Position numbers and translations under genes: made by a program
Shown: positions 21,366 through 33,395 of the stretch, in pieces
Numbering within the stretch: the stretch's first letter is position 1
How the letters are laid out: every line of letters begins with the position of its first letter
NCBI GenBank assembly: GCA_001662655.1
Contig: KV460239.1
Length of the DNA stretch: 44,269 bases
Direction: 5' to 3' (one strand)
Source: Pseudogymnoascus verrucosus
Taxonomy: Eukaryota
Notes under the pieces: generated by a model
Databases searched by the model: none
What the model was told of the DNA's origin: nothing
Seen by the model: the letters and a program-made list of their open reading frames with translations, nothing else

Positions 21366-23644
21366 ATGGACACTCTCAATGTCTCCCACCAGCGGGAGTA
21401 CATGGCGCAGATGGCGCGGCAGCGCGAAGCGCTTCTCGCCGCCTCTGCCCGTGCCGGCAAGGCGCCAGCTAAAAAGTCACGCGAAGACGTGCTATCTACC
21501 TTCAAGAAGCAGGCGAAGCGCGCAGAGAAGGGACGCATGCAAGCCATTCGCAGCTCTGAGACGCAAATCCAATCTACATTCGTGCCGCCTGCGTACGCGG
21601 CGTGCGTACTTCCCGTGGCGGATCTGGAGAAGATGGGGGTTGATGAGTTGAGGTTGGAGACGCATCATCGGGGACGGTATGTGCTGTTGCGGGCAGTGGC
21701 GGGGCCGAGTCGGATGACCGCACTGGTGGGAGTTGGGGAGGACGAGGAGGGAAGGGTGGTGAGAGTGCAAATCTATCAGCAGGGGGATGAGAATGAGGTG
21801 TGGAAGGTTGGGGGGGTGGTGGTGGTGAAGGAGCCGTATTTTAAGGAGAGTGGGGATGGGGATACGGGGATTCGAGTTGATCATATGGGTGATGTGATGG
21901 CATTGCCCGCAAATCATCCGTTGGTGCCAGAGAAGTGGAGGAAGGGGGTTGATGCTGTGTTGGTACGGGAGTGGGTAGATAGGGCGGCAGAGGCGATAAA
22001 GGGAGAGAGGTACTGGGAGGCACTTGACCAGTATGTTCCCCCTTTAGACGGCGATTGGACCACAGCTAACAAATTTCTAGGTGCAAATCTGCTTTGCTTG
22101 CCTCACCTCCTCCAACACCCGAGGAGGCCACTGAGATCAAACTCAAACTCGCTGCAGCCTACCTCAAAGTCGGTTACTTCGAAGCTGCCGAATCGGCCAT
22201 TGACAGCGTCGATCCCACCCCCGAATCCCTGAAACTACAAGCAGAAGCTTTCTACAACCTCGCACGGTATGATGAGTGTATGGCATCCCTGGGCAAACTT
22301 CCCGAGCAAGACTCTACTCTGCTTGAGAAGGCCAAAACGCGTCTTGTAGAGCAAGAGACTGGCGCCTACGACTTCCGAAGCATCTTCACCGAGCTCTCAA
22401 CCCTCAACCCTCCAACTGTCGACCGAGCAACTTACATCGGACCTGTTGATATTAGGGTTTCACCAGGCAAAGGACGTGGGCTATTCACGACCCGTGCCGT
22501 CGAGGCTGGGGAGCTCCTCATGTGCGAGAAGGCATTCGCATATAGCTTCTTCGACCAATCCGCGCCAGCAGAGATGCACAAGACCAAACTCTCCATGGTC
22601 TTCAACACCGAGGAAGGAAGCATCATCTTCGGGACCTTAGGCACGCTAATCACCGAAGCCGTACAAAAGGTGGCGCGAAACCCATCACTGCACGATTTCG
22701 TCTCCAGCCTATACCACGGGAGCTACAAAGCCCCCACCGTGAACCAAATCGACGACCACCCCGTCATCGACACCTTCCTTATCGAGCGCATAATATCTCA
22801 CAACTGCTTCGGCTGCCCCCCAACCTCGCTCATGGCCCACGTCACCCCCGGCCCCCCCAAACGCGCCTACTCCTCCGGACTCTGGCCCCTCTGCGCAACA
22901 CTAAACCACTCCTGCCTCCCCACCGCACGCCGGTCCTTCATTGGCGACCTGCAAGTCGTGCGCGCCACCCGCGACCTCCCCGCAGACACTGAGCTTGTCT
23001 GGGCGTATAACGAGGTCTCTGAGGACCCGGCACAGACGCGTAGCGCGCTCGCGAATTGGGGGTTCGTGTGTAGCTGCAGTCTTTGTACCGAGGCGATGCG
23101 GACGCCGGAGAAGGTTAGGAAGCGGAGAGAGCTGCTGAGGACGGATCTGCGCGCGTGTGTGATGGTGAAGAATCCGGATGATATTGATGTGCCGAAGGCG
23201 GAGAGGCTGGTTGCTGCGGTGGAGGCGACGTACAAGGCGAAGCCAGTAGAGGCGCCGCGCGAGTCGATGTGTGGACTACAGCTGATGATTACGAGAGTGC
23301 ATAAGAACCGCGGTGAGGCAGCTAAGGTGGTGGGGGCAGCGCTAAAGGTGTTAAGGTTGCTGGGGTTTGAGGTGAAAGGGGCAAAGGTTCCGAGGGGAAA
23401 AGAGGAGTTTGAGGTTGTGAAATGGGGTTATATGGCGCATGGGGTTGTGGAGACGTGGGTGCAGTTATGGGTTGCGTATGCGACTGTGGCCCCGGAGTTG
23501 TGTGCGGATGCAGAGAGATGTGCGAGGATTTGCTATAAGATTTGTGTTGGAGAAGATGAGACTTTTGATGATAGTTACGGGAGGAAAGCGAGGAAAGCTA
23601 TGGAGGATGATGCGGCAGCGGCGCCAGGAGTTTCGACGGCTTGA
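21366..23644 (+). CDS. TPR + SET domain protein, putative lysine methyltransferase (~742 aa, 2 exons)
   Basis: Exons 21366-22030 and 22081-23644. TPR-like helices, SET motifs GKGRGLFTTRAVEAGELL and LNHSCLP..RATRDLPADTELVWAY, and post-SET WGFVCSCSLC. Confidence 0.9.
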
Positions 23645-24280
23645 AGCATGGTGATGGCGTTATGGCAGCTGGGCGCATGTTGAAGAGTTGGGTGTTCTGA
23701 TAGTTTCAACGGGGTTTAGCGGAATTGAGAGTGAATATTTCTTAATATACAAACAACGGAGTTTATTATCCAAAGGTCCCAACACAGGAATGCCAGACAA
23801 CCCTTTGTGAACGACCAAAAAATAGAATTGTAATAATTAAATTTTGTATAGTAATATAACTGTGGTGCCAACCGCCTGAGGGTATAACTGTCGAAGTCCA
23901 TTTAATTGTCGTATCACCCACCGTTATCAAAGGATTATTGAGGCGTTAATCAGGTTTTGGCAAAATGGTGGCCCTGGATCTGTGTTGTAAGTGGCAAGTA
24001 GGACAATAGAACCGGCGTAATTGTATACCGTATCTCAGACTCAGTGTGTCAGATCTTATTAAATCTTACCTTCCGGATCTGGGAGCTGTGATCGACATCA
24101 GATGCCAATGTCATCCCTGTCACTGGAGCCTAAAGTGAGAACCCCGCAACAACAATACTTCTTAAAATCCCCCTCCCATAACCAACATCCAAGAAAGCTT
24201 CATTATTGCTATTATAAGTTCAGACTATAAAGTCTTTTTATAAGTTAATTATAACCCCAGCAAGCCCAGAACAAACCACC

Positions 24281-24925
24281 ATGGCGGCACTTCCAACAAC
24301 GCCCTTCACTCTCGCTGGCGGCTGCTTTTGCAAAGCCGTCACGTACACCGTCTCTGTCCCCGACGTCGCATCCCGCCCTACTCTTCCTAAACCCCCAAAG
24401 TTTCCTCTGGGGCCTCAAACCGAGGACTGTGAACGCCTCCCTATCATTTCTATAGACCACTGCAACAGCTGTCGCCGCATCGCCGGCACCGTGATCCAGA
24501 GCTGGTTTATATGTCTCCAGAGCTGGACCACCTTCTATCTCTTGCCCCGTTTCACATCAACCAGAACCGGTGCCAGTGCCGAGATTTTGAGGGTCCGTAC
24601 CACGGCAGAAGCCCTGATACCCGACAAGGATATCCTAGAGACGACGTATCTGAGCTACTTCTCCAGTTCGAAGGATGTGCACAGGACGTTCTGCGGGCGG
24701 TGTGGCACGGGGCTCACGTATCATTACTCGGGAGAAGATGATGAGATGGCGGCGGAGGATAAGTGGGGGCCGTATTTTGATATCGCGCTTGGAACGTTGG
24801 ATGAGGAGAGCACGAAGGTGGAGGGTTTGAGGCCAACGAGGCATGGGCATTGTGACGATGGGATTGGATGGGTGAAGGAGATGGTCGAACTGTGGGGGAT
24901 CGCAGGGTCGATGAGAGAAGGTTGA
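24281..24925 (+). CDS. GFA/Mss4-like zinc-binding protein (214 aa)
   Basis: Motifs LAGGCFCKAVTY, DHCNSCRRIAG, SSSKDVHRTFCGRCGT and DIALGTLD. Confidence 0.88.
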   Translation: MAALPTTPFTLAGGCFCKAVTYTVSVPDVASRPTLPKPPKFPLGPQTEDCERLPIISIDHCNSCRRIAGTVIQSWFICLQSWTTFYLLPRFTSTRTGASAEILRVRTTAEALIPDKDILETTYLSYFSSSKDVHRTFCGRCGTGLTYHYSGEDDEMAAEDKWGPYFDIALGTLDEESTKVEGLRPTRHGHCDDGIGWVKEMVELWGIAGSMREG

Positions 24926-25282
24926 TAAGGGGTGAGGAATGTTTTGTAGTCAGAATGGAAGTTGTTTTACATTTATTCCAAACATGGCCGTGAAGTGTTT
25001 GCTTGTTCTATGCTTCTCTTAGTTCTCGCCATTCCTTCACAGGTGCCGCCTGTTGGCCCCAGGGAGAACCTAAGGCCTCAGTTTCTGAGTGTTTGCACTC
25101 GGAGGTGAGTGCCTGTTGCCAGCAGGGGAAACAAGGGGGATTTCGTGTCGAGCAGCGTTCGCTTGCCGCCTCCGCCCCTTTGTTTCCCCTTATCCCCTCC
25201 CACACCCCTTATCCCCAGGCATGAAATATGACCCAGCCAAAAGGTTATAAGGTCGCCTAACCCCCATACTTTCAACAAAAAA

Positions 25283-25390
25283 TTGGTGTTTGGCGCAGTG
25301 GTAAGCCCATTGTAAACTTCCACATAAACCTGGGTCTAGCACGTCCAGTGGGATACAAACCTTCCACCGGTTCGAATCCGGTACATTCCA
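25283..25390 (+). ncRNA. tRNA-like RNA polymerase III transcription unit (atypical tRNA, tRNA pseudogene or tRNA-derived ncRNA)
   Basis: Consensus A box TGGCGCAGTGG (25291-25301) and B box GGTTCGAATCC (25369-25379), the latter within a perfect T-arm ACCGG/CCGGT. TTGTA/TACAA anticodon-like stem. Upstream TTATAA and CAA, downstream T6/T7 tracts. The acceptor stem and anticodon loop are non-canonical. Confidence 0.6.
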
Positions 25391-25721
25391 TTACTTTTTT
25401 ACTTTTTTTACTTTGTTCAGTTGATTGAATCATACTATCCTCATTGATTTGTATTTGGAAGACAGCTTCCACAAGTCGGGCACCTCATACCCCTTCGGAC
25501 TGTTTTTTTTGTACCATTTATCATTATTCATCCAAAGGTCAATCAATACACGTATAATATAGTATTTCATGAGTTCTAAATACCAGTTCCGAAGATTTTC
25601 TTTTATATCGCCCTACACACAGATGACGTTCTCCAAACATCCATCACAGATATAGTCTGGACAAAAACTTAGCGGCGTTTCTATCAAGAATCCATGATAT
25701 TATCCCTTTCTTCTGTTTGAG

Positions 25722-25789
25722 CCTTTCTTCTACGTGAACCTTTCTTCTACGTGAACATTTCTTCTACGTGAACATTTCTTCCACTTGAG
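25722..25789. repeat. 17-bp tandem repeat x4
   Basis: cctttcttctacgtgaa x2, then catttcttctacgtgaa and catttcttccacttgag. Confidence 0.9.
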
Positions 25790-25849
25790 CGATGTTTCCA
25801 TCAACCTTGTCGCTTCTTTCAACTTTCAAATAAACAACAAGAGCAGTGG

Positions 25850-26030
25850 CGAGGTGTCATCCATAACACAAGTAATACAAGGCATATCAGCGCCCCCATG
25901 ACCTTGAAGGCCTGTTTCATGTGCACATTTACAATCATTGGCGGTATCTTCTTTGGATATGATGTGGAATGGACAAGTGTTCTTGCGATGCCTTACTTCA
26001 TCCACCAGCACACTAGCATGGCCTACACAA
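25850..26030 (+). pseudogene. 5' fragment of an MFS sugar (hexose) transporter gene
   Basis: MTLKACFMCTFTIIGGIFFGYDVEWTSVLAMPYFIHQHT matches the sugar-porter TM1 motif (GGxxFGYD..GVLAMPYF). Similarity stops after about 45 codons and no continuation is visible. Confidence 0.7.
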
Positions 26031-26966
26031 CTACACAGTGTTCACGATGCGTTTCTTGTTCAGTGCACTCAGTTGAGGATTCACGTACTTACATATAGAA
26101 GAAAATATTCTACGGAACCTCGCATTCTGGTTTGTGTAGTTCCGTTGCGGTTGGTTTATTTAATCTCATGTTTGATAACAAATATGTAGTCGACATAGGA
26201 ATATTCTATTACAAATAAAAAACAAACCACACGTAGCTCAGGATTAATGCCATCAATTTAAACTGAAGAACTTATCAATTCAGCTCCATTTATCAATACC
26301 TGGTTTACGGACTGAATGTCTAGGTTATTGAGCGTCTTTAGTTAAATTGGAGTTGCTGTAACCGCTGTCGTTAGCGTGCAAATGTTAATTGTACAGTACT
26401 GTATAATAAAAGGCATGGTATCACTGCATCTGCATGGCATTACCGCATCACCACATCGCACTTCTACTCCAACAATTACTGTAATTCTAATTTCCTGTAG
26501 ACTGATCAAAGATTAAATAGAAGCTCAAAATTAAATAAATAAATCTCAAGGCCAAAATAATTGCTGAACGGAACAACCTGTGCCATAAGACCGACGCATG
26601 GTACAGCCGCCTTAGCGCGCCAAGCCATGCAATCGACGGGGCGCCGACGACCATGGACGACGTCGTGCGCTCGGACCACCTCAGCCACGGGCGACATGGA
26701 CGCTGTCGTCTGGCGTTTAGATTTGTACTTCTTCTCATTTCCTCATCACACGCGCTTCGTGCAGAGAGGCGTAACACGCGTTTGATCCCATGGGCGATTG
26801 CGAGGTTTTTCATCAGGACGACGACATTGGAGGACCTTTTCTATTTGTTTGAGGGGAGTTTGGTGTGTACGAAGTGTTCATAGAAGGTCGACCCACGATT
26901 GAAGAAGAGGTGGATTGATATATCTCATCACTAGCAACAAGTTGGTCGAAGAACCAGATCACCAAG

Positions 26967-28367
26967 ATGTCGACCGATAAGACAGCCAAGTATAGGACGG
27001 AGATCCAGCAGGTTAGTGGACGTTTCGATCTTTGCTATTGTGTCGAGGAGCGTGCTCGACACAAGTGAATTTCACCGCTTCGTTGCTCGGCTTTTAGCAA
27101 ACTAGATATTCCTGGCGGGTCTCCTTGTTGCTTATTGCTTTTCCCCGTCACTGTTCTCATTCTTTACGTTACAAGCTCCCCACGCTTCGCTTCACGCGGA
27201 CAGCACCCACAATGGCTCGCAAGGGTAAAGCAACTCTGTTGCTCAAGGAGTCTGTCTCCGACTTTGAAGACCCTGAGACAGCCTATAACCTATAAGGCAT
27301 TACAAAACTACAAGAAGTGGATTGCTAACCAAGTATTTAAATAGATGATGTACGTCTCTGGTGAGACCGGCGAACCATCACCAGAAACAACTGGAATGGT
27401 CGAGGAGATTGTGCGCCAGCAAGTCATCGAAATGGTATGCAATATTCATTGATCGATCTATTGATCTACACCCCTCTTTGAATGCAACCTAACACCTTCC
27501 AGCTCCGCACCTGCACTGAGAACGCCGCCCGCCGCGGCTCCAAGTCCATCACCACGGACGACCTCATCTTCCTGATCCGCCACGATGCCGCCAAAGTCTC
27601 CCGCCTCCGCACCTTCCTCTCCTGGAAAGACGTGCGCAAAAACGTCAAGGACTCAGACGACAAAGGCAACGAAGCCGACATCGGCACGGGCGACGAACCC
27701 GTCGCAGCCGTCGCCGCCACCGGCCCCGTCGACGTCTCCAAGAAGAACAAGAAAGCCAAGGTCGGCCTCCCCTGGGAGATCGCCTCCCTCTACTCCCAGG
27801 AGGTCCCCGAGCGCGACGACGAAGACGACGAGGATGAGGAGGAAATGAACTACGCTACCCTCCAGCGTCTCAAGAAGGCTGATGAGCGCACAAAGGCCAT
27901 GACCAAGGAGGAGTACGTCACTTGGTCTGAGTACCGTCAGGCGTCCTTCACCTTCCGCAAGGGCAAGCGTTTCCGCGAGTGGGCTGGCTTCGGGACCATC
28001 ACCGAGTCCAAGCCTAATGACGATATTGTCGACATCCTCGGCTTCTTGACCTTTGAGATCGTGCAGACCCTCACTGAGGAGGCCCTGCGTATCAAGGAGC
28101 AGGAGGACCTCTACAAAGAGAAGAGCGGCGTTGAGGACCAGGGCAAGAAGCGCAAGGCTGTCAAGGGACTCTTCGATCCCCCTGCGGTTGGCAAGTCCCC
28201 TGTTGAGCCAAGACACGTTCAGGAGGCTTTCCGCAGACTTCAGGTGCGCCCGAAGAAGTCTCGCGCTATGCTGAATGGTACGAGGGGCCTGAACAGGACT
28301 CCGCTCAAGCTCGTAAGTGACCCTTTGTTGCTTCATCTGGAATATACTGACTATTGCGTAGTTTTGA
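26967..28367 (+). CDS. SPT3: SAGA complex subunit Spt3 (~316 aa, 4 exons)
   Basis: Exons 26967-27011, 27345-27434, 27503-28312 and 28362-28367. Motifs [43 protein letters not shown] and [20 protein letters not shown]. Confidence 0.95.
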
Positions 28368-28370
28368 ACT

Positions 28371-28493
28371 GGCACAGTCCGTCTGGGACAGTTCTTCTAG
28401 CACGGTTCTTCCAGGACAGCTCTTCTGGCACGGTTCGTTCACAGTTCTCCTGGCCCAGTTCTTCTGGCTCAGTTCTCCTGGCGCAGTTCCTCT
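28371..28493. repeat. Degenerate 14-bp tandem repeat (~9 units, GGCACAGTTCTTCT) just after the SPT3 stop codon
   Basis: ggcacagtccgtct gggacagttcttct agcacggttcttcc aggacagctcttct ... ggcccagttcttct ggctcagttctcct ggcgcagttcctct. Confidence 0.85.
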
Positions 28494-28854
28494 GCTGGGT
28501 GTCCTGCTTTTATTGATTTTGACTTCGGCGTGAAGGATGGACATGGGGCCTAATGGTACGGGGACTTCATGGCGTTTATTTTGCGTGTTACTGTTCATAG
28601 GATGGATTATGACAAGATGGTTTTACAGAGGTTCACATGCGTATTACTCTGCATGATAGGTCATGGCGCCAATGAACTCATTATATACACTGGTGTGCTA
28701 TGTGCCTCGTTGCGTGACTGTCTTATTTCGCCACTGCTATATCTGCTCAATTCATAAACATCATCAATTATCCCAACCCAACCCAGCGCTCCAACTCCAA
28801 CGCCATCAAATGCACAACAATCCCCCCTCATTCCCGCTACCCCAGTCCAACCCC

Positions 28855-30057
28855 CTACTCCTCCCCCGTCTCCCTAATCCTCCTCTCCTCCTCCCCCTCC
28901 AAAAAATCCCATCCCCCAAACGCCCCCTCCGTCTCCCTCTGCTCCCTCGCCCCCCAAACAACCAAATAATGCCTCCCCAACAACCGCCACTCCTCCTCCT
29001 CATCAAACATCTGCATCTGTCCCAACCTCACCTTCTCCTCGTCCTCAATCCAATTATCCCACAGCCAGCTGATACTCGCGCCTTCTTGGAACATATCCAG
29101 CCCTGCTGCGCGCAGGCGCTCGAGTTGGGCGTCGAGAGAGTCGTAGGTGGAGATGGAGGGCATGGCGAGGTTGCGCGCGGCGAGGTTGGAGGTCATGACG
29201 CGCCCGAAGGCGGAGGTGGGGTTCGTGGGCTCGTAGATCACGGTTCCTATCGTTGGGATGCGGGAGGTGAAGAAGTTGAGCACCGCGTCTGCCTGTTCTG
29301 TCGTGAGGTAACATAGACAGCACTCCGAGACAAGCAGCGTCGGCAGGTCGGTGCGTATATTATCGATCTCCGCTGGCAGACTTCGCAGGTCCACCGGGTG
29401 AAAGAGGTACCCAGCCTTCTTCTCACCATCCGTGAAGTACCCCCACATCTTCTTCTCCGGCTCATGATCCGGCACCGCGCGCAGGGCGTTGAACTCGCTC
29501 CCCGGCGGCGCGAGCTTGTCTGAGCGATTGACGAAGGCGAGTTTGTTGGCGGAGATGATGGGGAAGTCGAGCTCGTGGTAGAGGATCTGGTCTTTGTGGC
29601 CCCGGTCGAGGTAGCGGAAGTAGCGCGTGTCGGTGCCGGCGCCGAGGGAGATGATTTGCACGTTTTGCGAGGGGTGCGCGTTGATGAAGTTTTCGATGAG
29701 GCGGTCGAGTACTATGGTGCGGACATAGGTTCCTGGGGGGTGAGAGTGTTAGTGGGGGGGTCGTCAAGGCATTGGGAGGGGGGATGGGGAAGCACCTCTG
29801 TTTATGATGGGCATGCGCAGGGCAGGAGAATCAGTGCCTAAGTCAGCGACGAATTCGCTCACATAAGGGTCCTCCAAATAGCCACAGGCCACTGCACTAC
29901 GTCTGGAACCGTTGGCGTCAGTATCTGTCTCGCGGATCATTTTGTCCCTGTCTGGCCCCGCGCCTCTTGCGCTGGAGGACCCCCCTCTACCGCGTCCACC
30001 GCCGCGCGAGCGATTCCCGCGCATGGAGAGGAGATTGGGGATTTCAGGTGCAGCCAT
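28855..30057 (-). CDS. PPM1: Leucine carboxyl methyltransferase 1 (PP2A methylase, ~379 aa, 2 exons)
   Basis: Exons 30057-29796 and 29732-28855. Motifs TDTDANGSRRSAVACGYLEDPY, PIINRG|TYVRT, QIISLGAGTDTRYF, LLVSECCLCY and FDEEEEWRLLGRHY. Confidence 0.93.
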
Positions 30058-30285
30058 GATGGCTGTGAGGGTATCTTGTGAAAACAAATAATTACAAAGA
30101 AATAGAGGGTTATGGGGAAGTAATGTTGGTCAATTCCGGATGGAAGGAATTGGGGGTCTCGTCTGGAGCTTGATGGAGCTTGTTACAGCTACTGTGTACA
30201 GCTACTGTGGTGGGGTCGTTATCGATAACGGAGGGGTGGGATAACTAAATTCCAGGTCACGGGTAATTTACAGACAAACAGTTGT

Positions 30286-30322
30286 ATCACGTGATGAAGG
30301 ATATAATCTGGTATCACGTGAT
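30286..30322. promoter_or_regulatory. Two ATCACGTGAT palindromes (bHLH E-box-type sites) in the PPM1/SUN divergent intergenic region
   Basis: ATCACGTGAT at 30286-30295 and 30313-30322. Confidence 0.4.
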
Positions 30323-31829
30323 AAAGCATGTGGTTGTACTGGAACTTCCACAATGCAACCACAACAAGCCATCTCATTTCCCTTTACGGCCCATTTTCGG
30401 TCATGAGCGTTTCCCGTCAAAGCCACAGCTCCACGCCTCTCCACAGCTTCACGCTTCACTCAAAGGTCACTCTAAGGGGTTACAACTCTTCGATTCCACG
30501 ACTCCACGATTCCACAGGCTCAGAATCCACCGCTCCAGCTCCGCAGCTCTGCCGGTCAATGCTGGATATCCATAATGTGGACTCAGGTGGATGACCTGTA
30601 CGGTCTGGACTATACGCGTTCGAGCCGTGCGCGCGCCGTCCTCAGCTCTTCTCCGAAGTTCAAGCGCCGATCGCGACATATAAGGAATAAGGAAAACCTT
30701 GGTATACCGAAAATATAAGTGCAATCTCCTCCAAAACTCTTCTTCCGGACCCCATTGTTTGAGAGTAACTACTTACAGGATTCAGGGCTTCAAGGGTTAT
30801 GCGAGACAATGCCAGTCAATATGCGCATTTGGACGAAACATACATGATGTACTCCATACTTACTCCTCACACACGCTTCAAAAGTATTTCATTATTCCAT
30901 TAATCTCATTTTTGGTGGAACGCGTGGCCCAATCACGGAAATCCCTTATTAGTCCCCTTGTGCGGGACCTTGCATCTTATTCGATTTCGCTGGTTATGGC
31001 CCGTCCAGAGACAGAACTAGTGGGTGACAAACTAATGGTGCAGAAGTTAGCGCCAGGTACAGGTACCGGCTGGTGGGACAACTCAGGGACAACACAGCAA
31101 GTAGGGCTTTCACTTGTCTGCCTTGTCGAAGTTGGTCGGAATTGCCAAATATGGACTGTTTGCGACTCGTTACTGCCCAATAGTGAATGGCTCCTTCCTT
31201 CCGTTGCTCCCCGGCGCCTTTTCGCTGAAATCCTGCGATCCTATTTATCCCCATTATTGCCATTAATGCCAATTGGTGACCGGAGTCGTTTCTCATCTTA
31301 TTTCTGGGCACACACGGGAACACACGCACCACACGCACAGGCTCCCCTGGTCCCCTACCCCCTGTACTTCATGGACAGGTCCAGGCGGGACCAAGTGGAT
31401 TGCCCTGTCTGAACTGTGGGAACTGTGGGAACAACACAGAGTGTGGAAATGGATCGAAACAGCCCCATCACGGCCCGTGACTGGCTGGTTGTCACAGAGA
31501 GACAGCTCAGAGCTTTCATCTCGGTTTTTATCGAATCGCCACTTCTCATCTCCATCCCGTCTCCCTCCCGTCCCCATATTCTGTCGCTTCTTCCCCATCT
31601 GCACTTCTGTCTCAATCCATCATCACATTCGTTACTATATCATCATCGCATCGCCGTCGCTCTTCGCACGAAAATCAAGACGAGAAATTTCGCACGCAAG
31701 CAAGCTCGAAGAAAAGCTACCACTAAGGTCGATCGGCGGGCAAGATCAACCGAAATCAGCGCCGTCCCACGAGCTCTTGGCCGCGATCCTCGCCCTAGCA
31801 CCTGGCGATAGCACCAACACCACGCGACG

Positions 31830-33395
31830 ATGAGATTCTTGGAGCAGAAGGCTGCCGTCGGCGCCGCTATTGTATTGCTGGCAGCTGCGTCTGAAGCAAG
31901 GCACTCTCACAACAGGCCGATGCAATTGGAGACTCTCGAGAGGAGACATGGACATGGACACAGTCACAAGAACGCGCACTCTTCGAGAGCAGAGCACGAG
32001 GACCAGCCGGCTTTGGATAAGCGTGATATTTGCTCGTTCCCATTGACCGCCGGTCTGGTTGCTGTTACTCCTGGCTCTCAAAATGCTGGGTGGGCGATGA
32101 GCCCCGACCAGCCTTGCACTGCGGGCAAATTCTGCCCCTATGCGTGCCCACCTGGACAACTCATGGGTCAATGGGACGCCGACGCAACTACATACTCATA
32201 TCCGGCATCCATGGTACGTTCAGGAACCTTAAATCCTGCATTCTAATCAAACTAACGGTCGTAGAATGGTGGCCTCAAATGCGACAGCGGTGGTAGAATC
32301 AAGAAGCCATTCCCAAACAAGCCTTATTGCTACCAGGGAACCGGTTCCGTGTCTGCCCATAACGAGTGCGGCCAATCCGTCGCGTACTGCCAAACTGTGC
32401 TCCCCGGAAATGAGGCCATGCTCATCCCTACCAATGTGGGCAGTGGTCAAACTGTAGGAATCGCAGTTCCTGACACACAGTACTGGGCATCGACGGCGGC
32501 ACACTACTATATCAACCCACCCGGATTTTCCACTGCGGATGCATGCATTTGGGGCGATGGATCCAAGCCGATCGGTAACTGGAGTCCGTATGTTGCCGGC
32601 GCCAATACCGATGCCAGCGGAGAGACATTCGTCAAGATCGCCTGGAACCCTATCTACACCGGCGAATCGACTTTCTCGAACGATCTCCCCAAGTTTGGTG
32701 TTAAGATTACTTGTGATGGCGGTGGCTGCAACGGCCTGCCTTGCTCTATCGACCCCGCCGTGGTTAAAGTCAACGGTGTGACCAGCGGCAACTCGGCAAC
32801 CGGTGCGGGCGGCGGCAACTTCTGCGTTGTCACTGTGCCAAAGGGTTCAAAGGCGAAGATCGAGACCTTCGATGTAGGCGGCTCGTCTGGCGGCGGCGGT
32901 AGCGGAGGCGGCGATGAGACAACTGAGCCATCGTCCTCCGCCGAACCTACCCCAACCCCGACACCAACCCCCACCCCAACACCTACTCCAACACCAACCC
33001 CCACACCCAGCCCTAGCAGCTCTTCCGTCGAGAGCTCCTCCTCCTCCCCATCCTCCTCTAGCGAGTCTAGCACGTCTAGCGAATCCAGCACCAGCGAGTC
33101 CAGCACTAGCGAGTCCAGCAGCACCAGCGAAGAGAGCAGCAGTGACGATACCACATCCACCAGGGTCCACCCCACTGTCCTGCCACAGATGCTATTCGAG
33201 AATGACACCGCCCTCTACAACAACGCGGCGCCCACCTCTGGAGGAGTAGCCTCCGCCGTACAGCAAGGCGACTCCGACGCCTCTAAGGGCGCAGCTCCTT
33301 CGACTAGCAGCCCCAGCGTCGCTAACTCCATCTCCCTGCAATCGAGCTTCGTCGCTCTCGCAGCGGCCTTCGCGGCGTGCAGCATGCTGCTATAG
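31830..33395 (+). CDS. SUN-family (GH132/Adg3-like) secreted beta-glucanase-like cell-wall protein, probably GPI-anchored (~504 aa, 2 exons)
   Basis: Exons 31830-32213 and 32265-33395. Signal peptide; motifs NAGWAMSPDQPC, CPYACPPG, CQTVLPGNEAM and GNWSPYVAGAN; (PT)n and Ser/Glu-rich linker; hydrophobic C-terminus. Confidence 0.92.

Noticed and set aside
15803..24925. Secondary-metabolite cluster (ABC, GFA, reductase, TF, SET)
   Set aside because: No PKS, NRPS, terpene synthase or other backbone gene in the window.
24985..25230. SRP RNA, RNase P/MRP, spliceosomal snRNA, telomerase RNA or TPP riboswitch
   Set aside because: I could not find the diagnostic conserved motifs of any of these on either strand.
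25722..28493. CRISPR-like arrays (the 17-bp and 14-bp repeats)
   Set aside because: They are head-to-tail repeats without unique spacers, in eukaryotic DNA with no cas genes.
30699..31833. Overlapping 130-237 aa ORFs upstream of the SUN gene
   Set aside because: No domains or coding-like composition; more likely a long promoter and 5'UTR.
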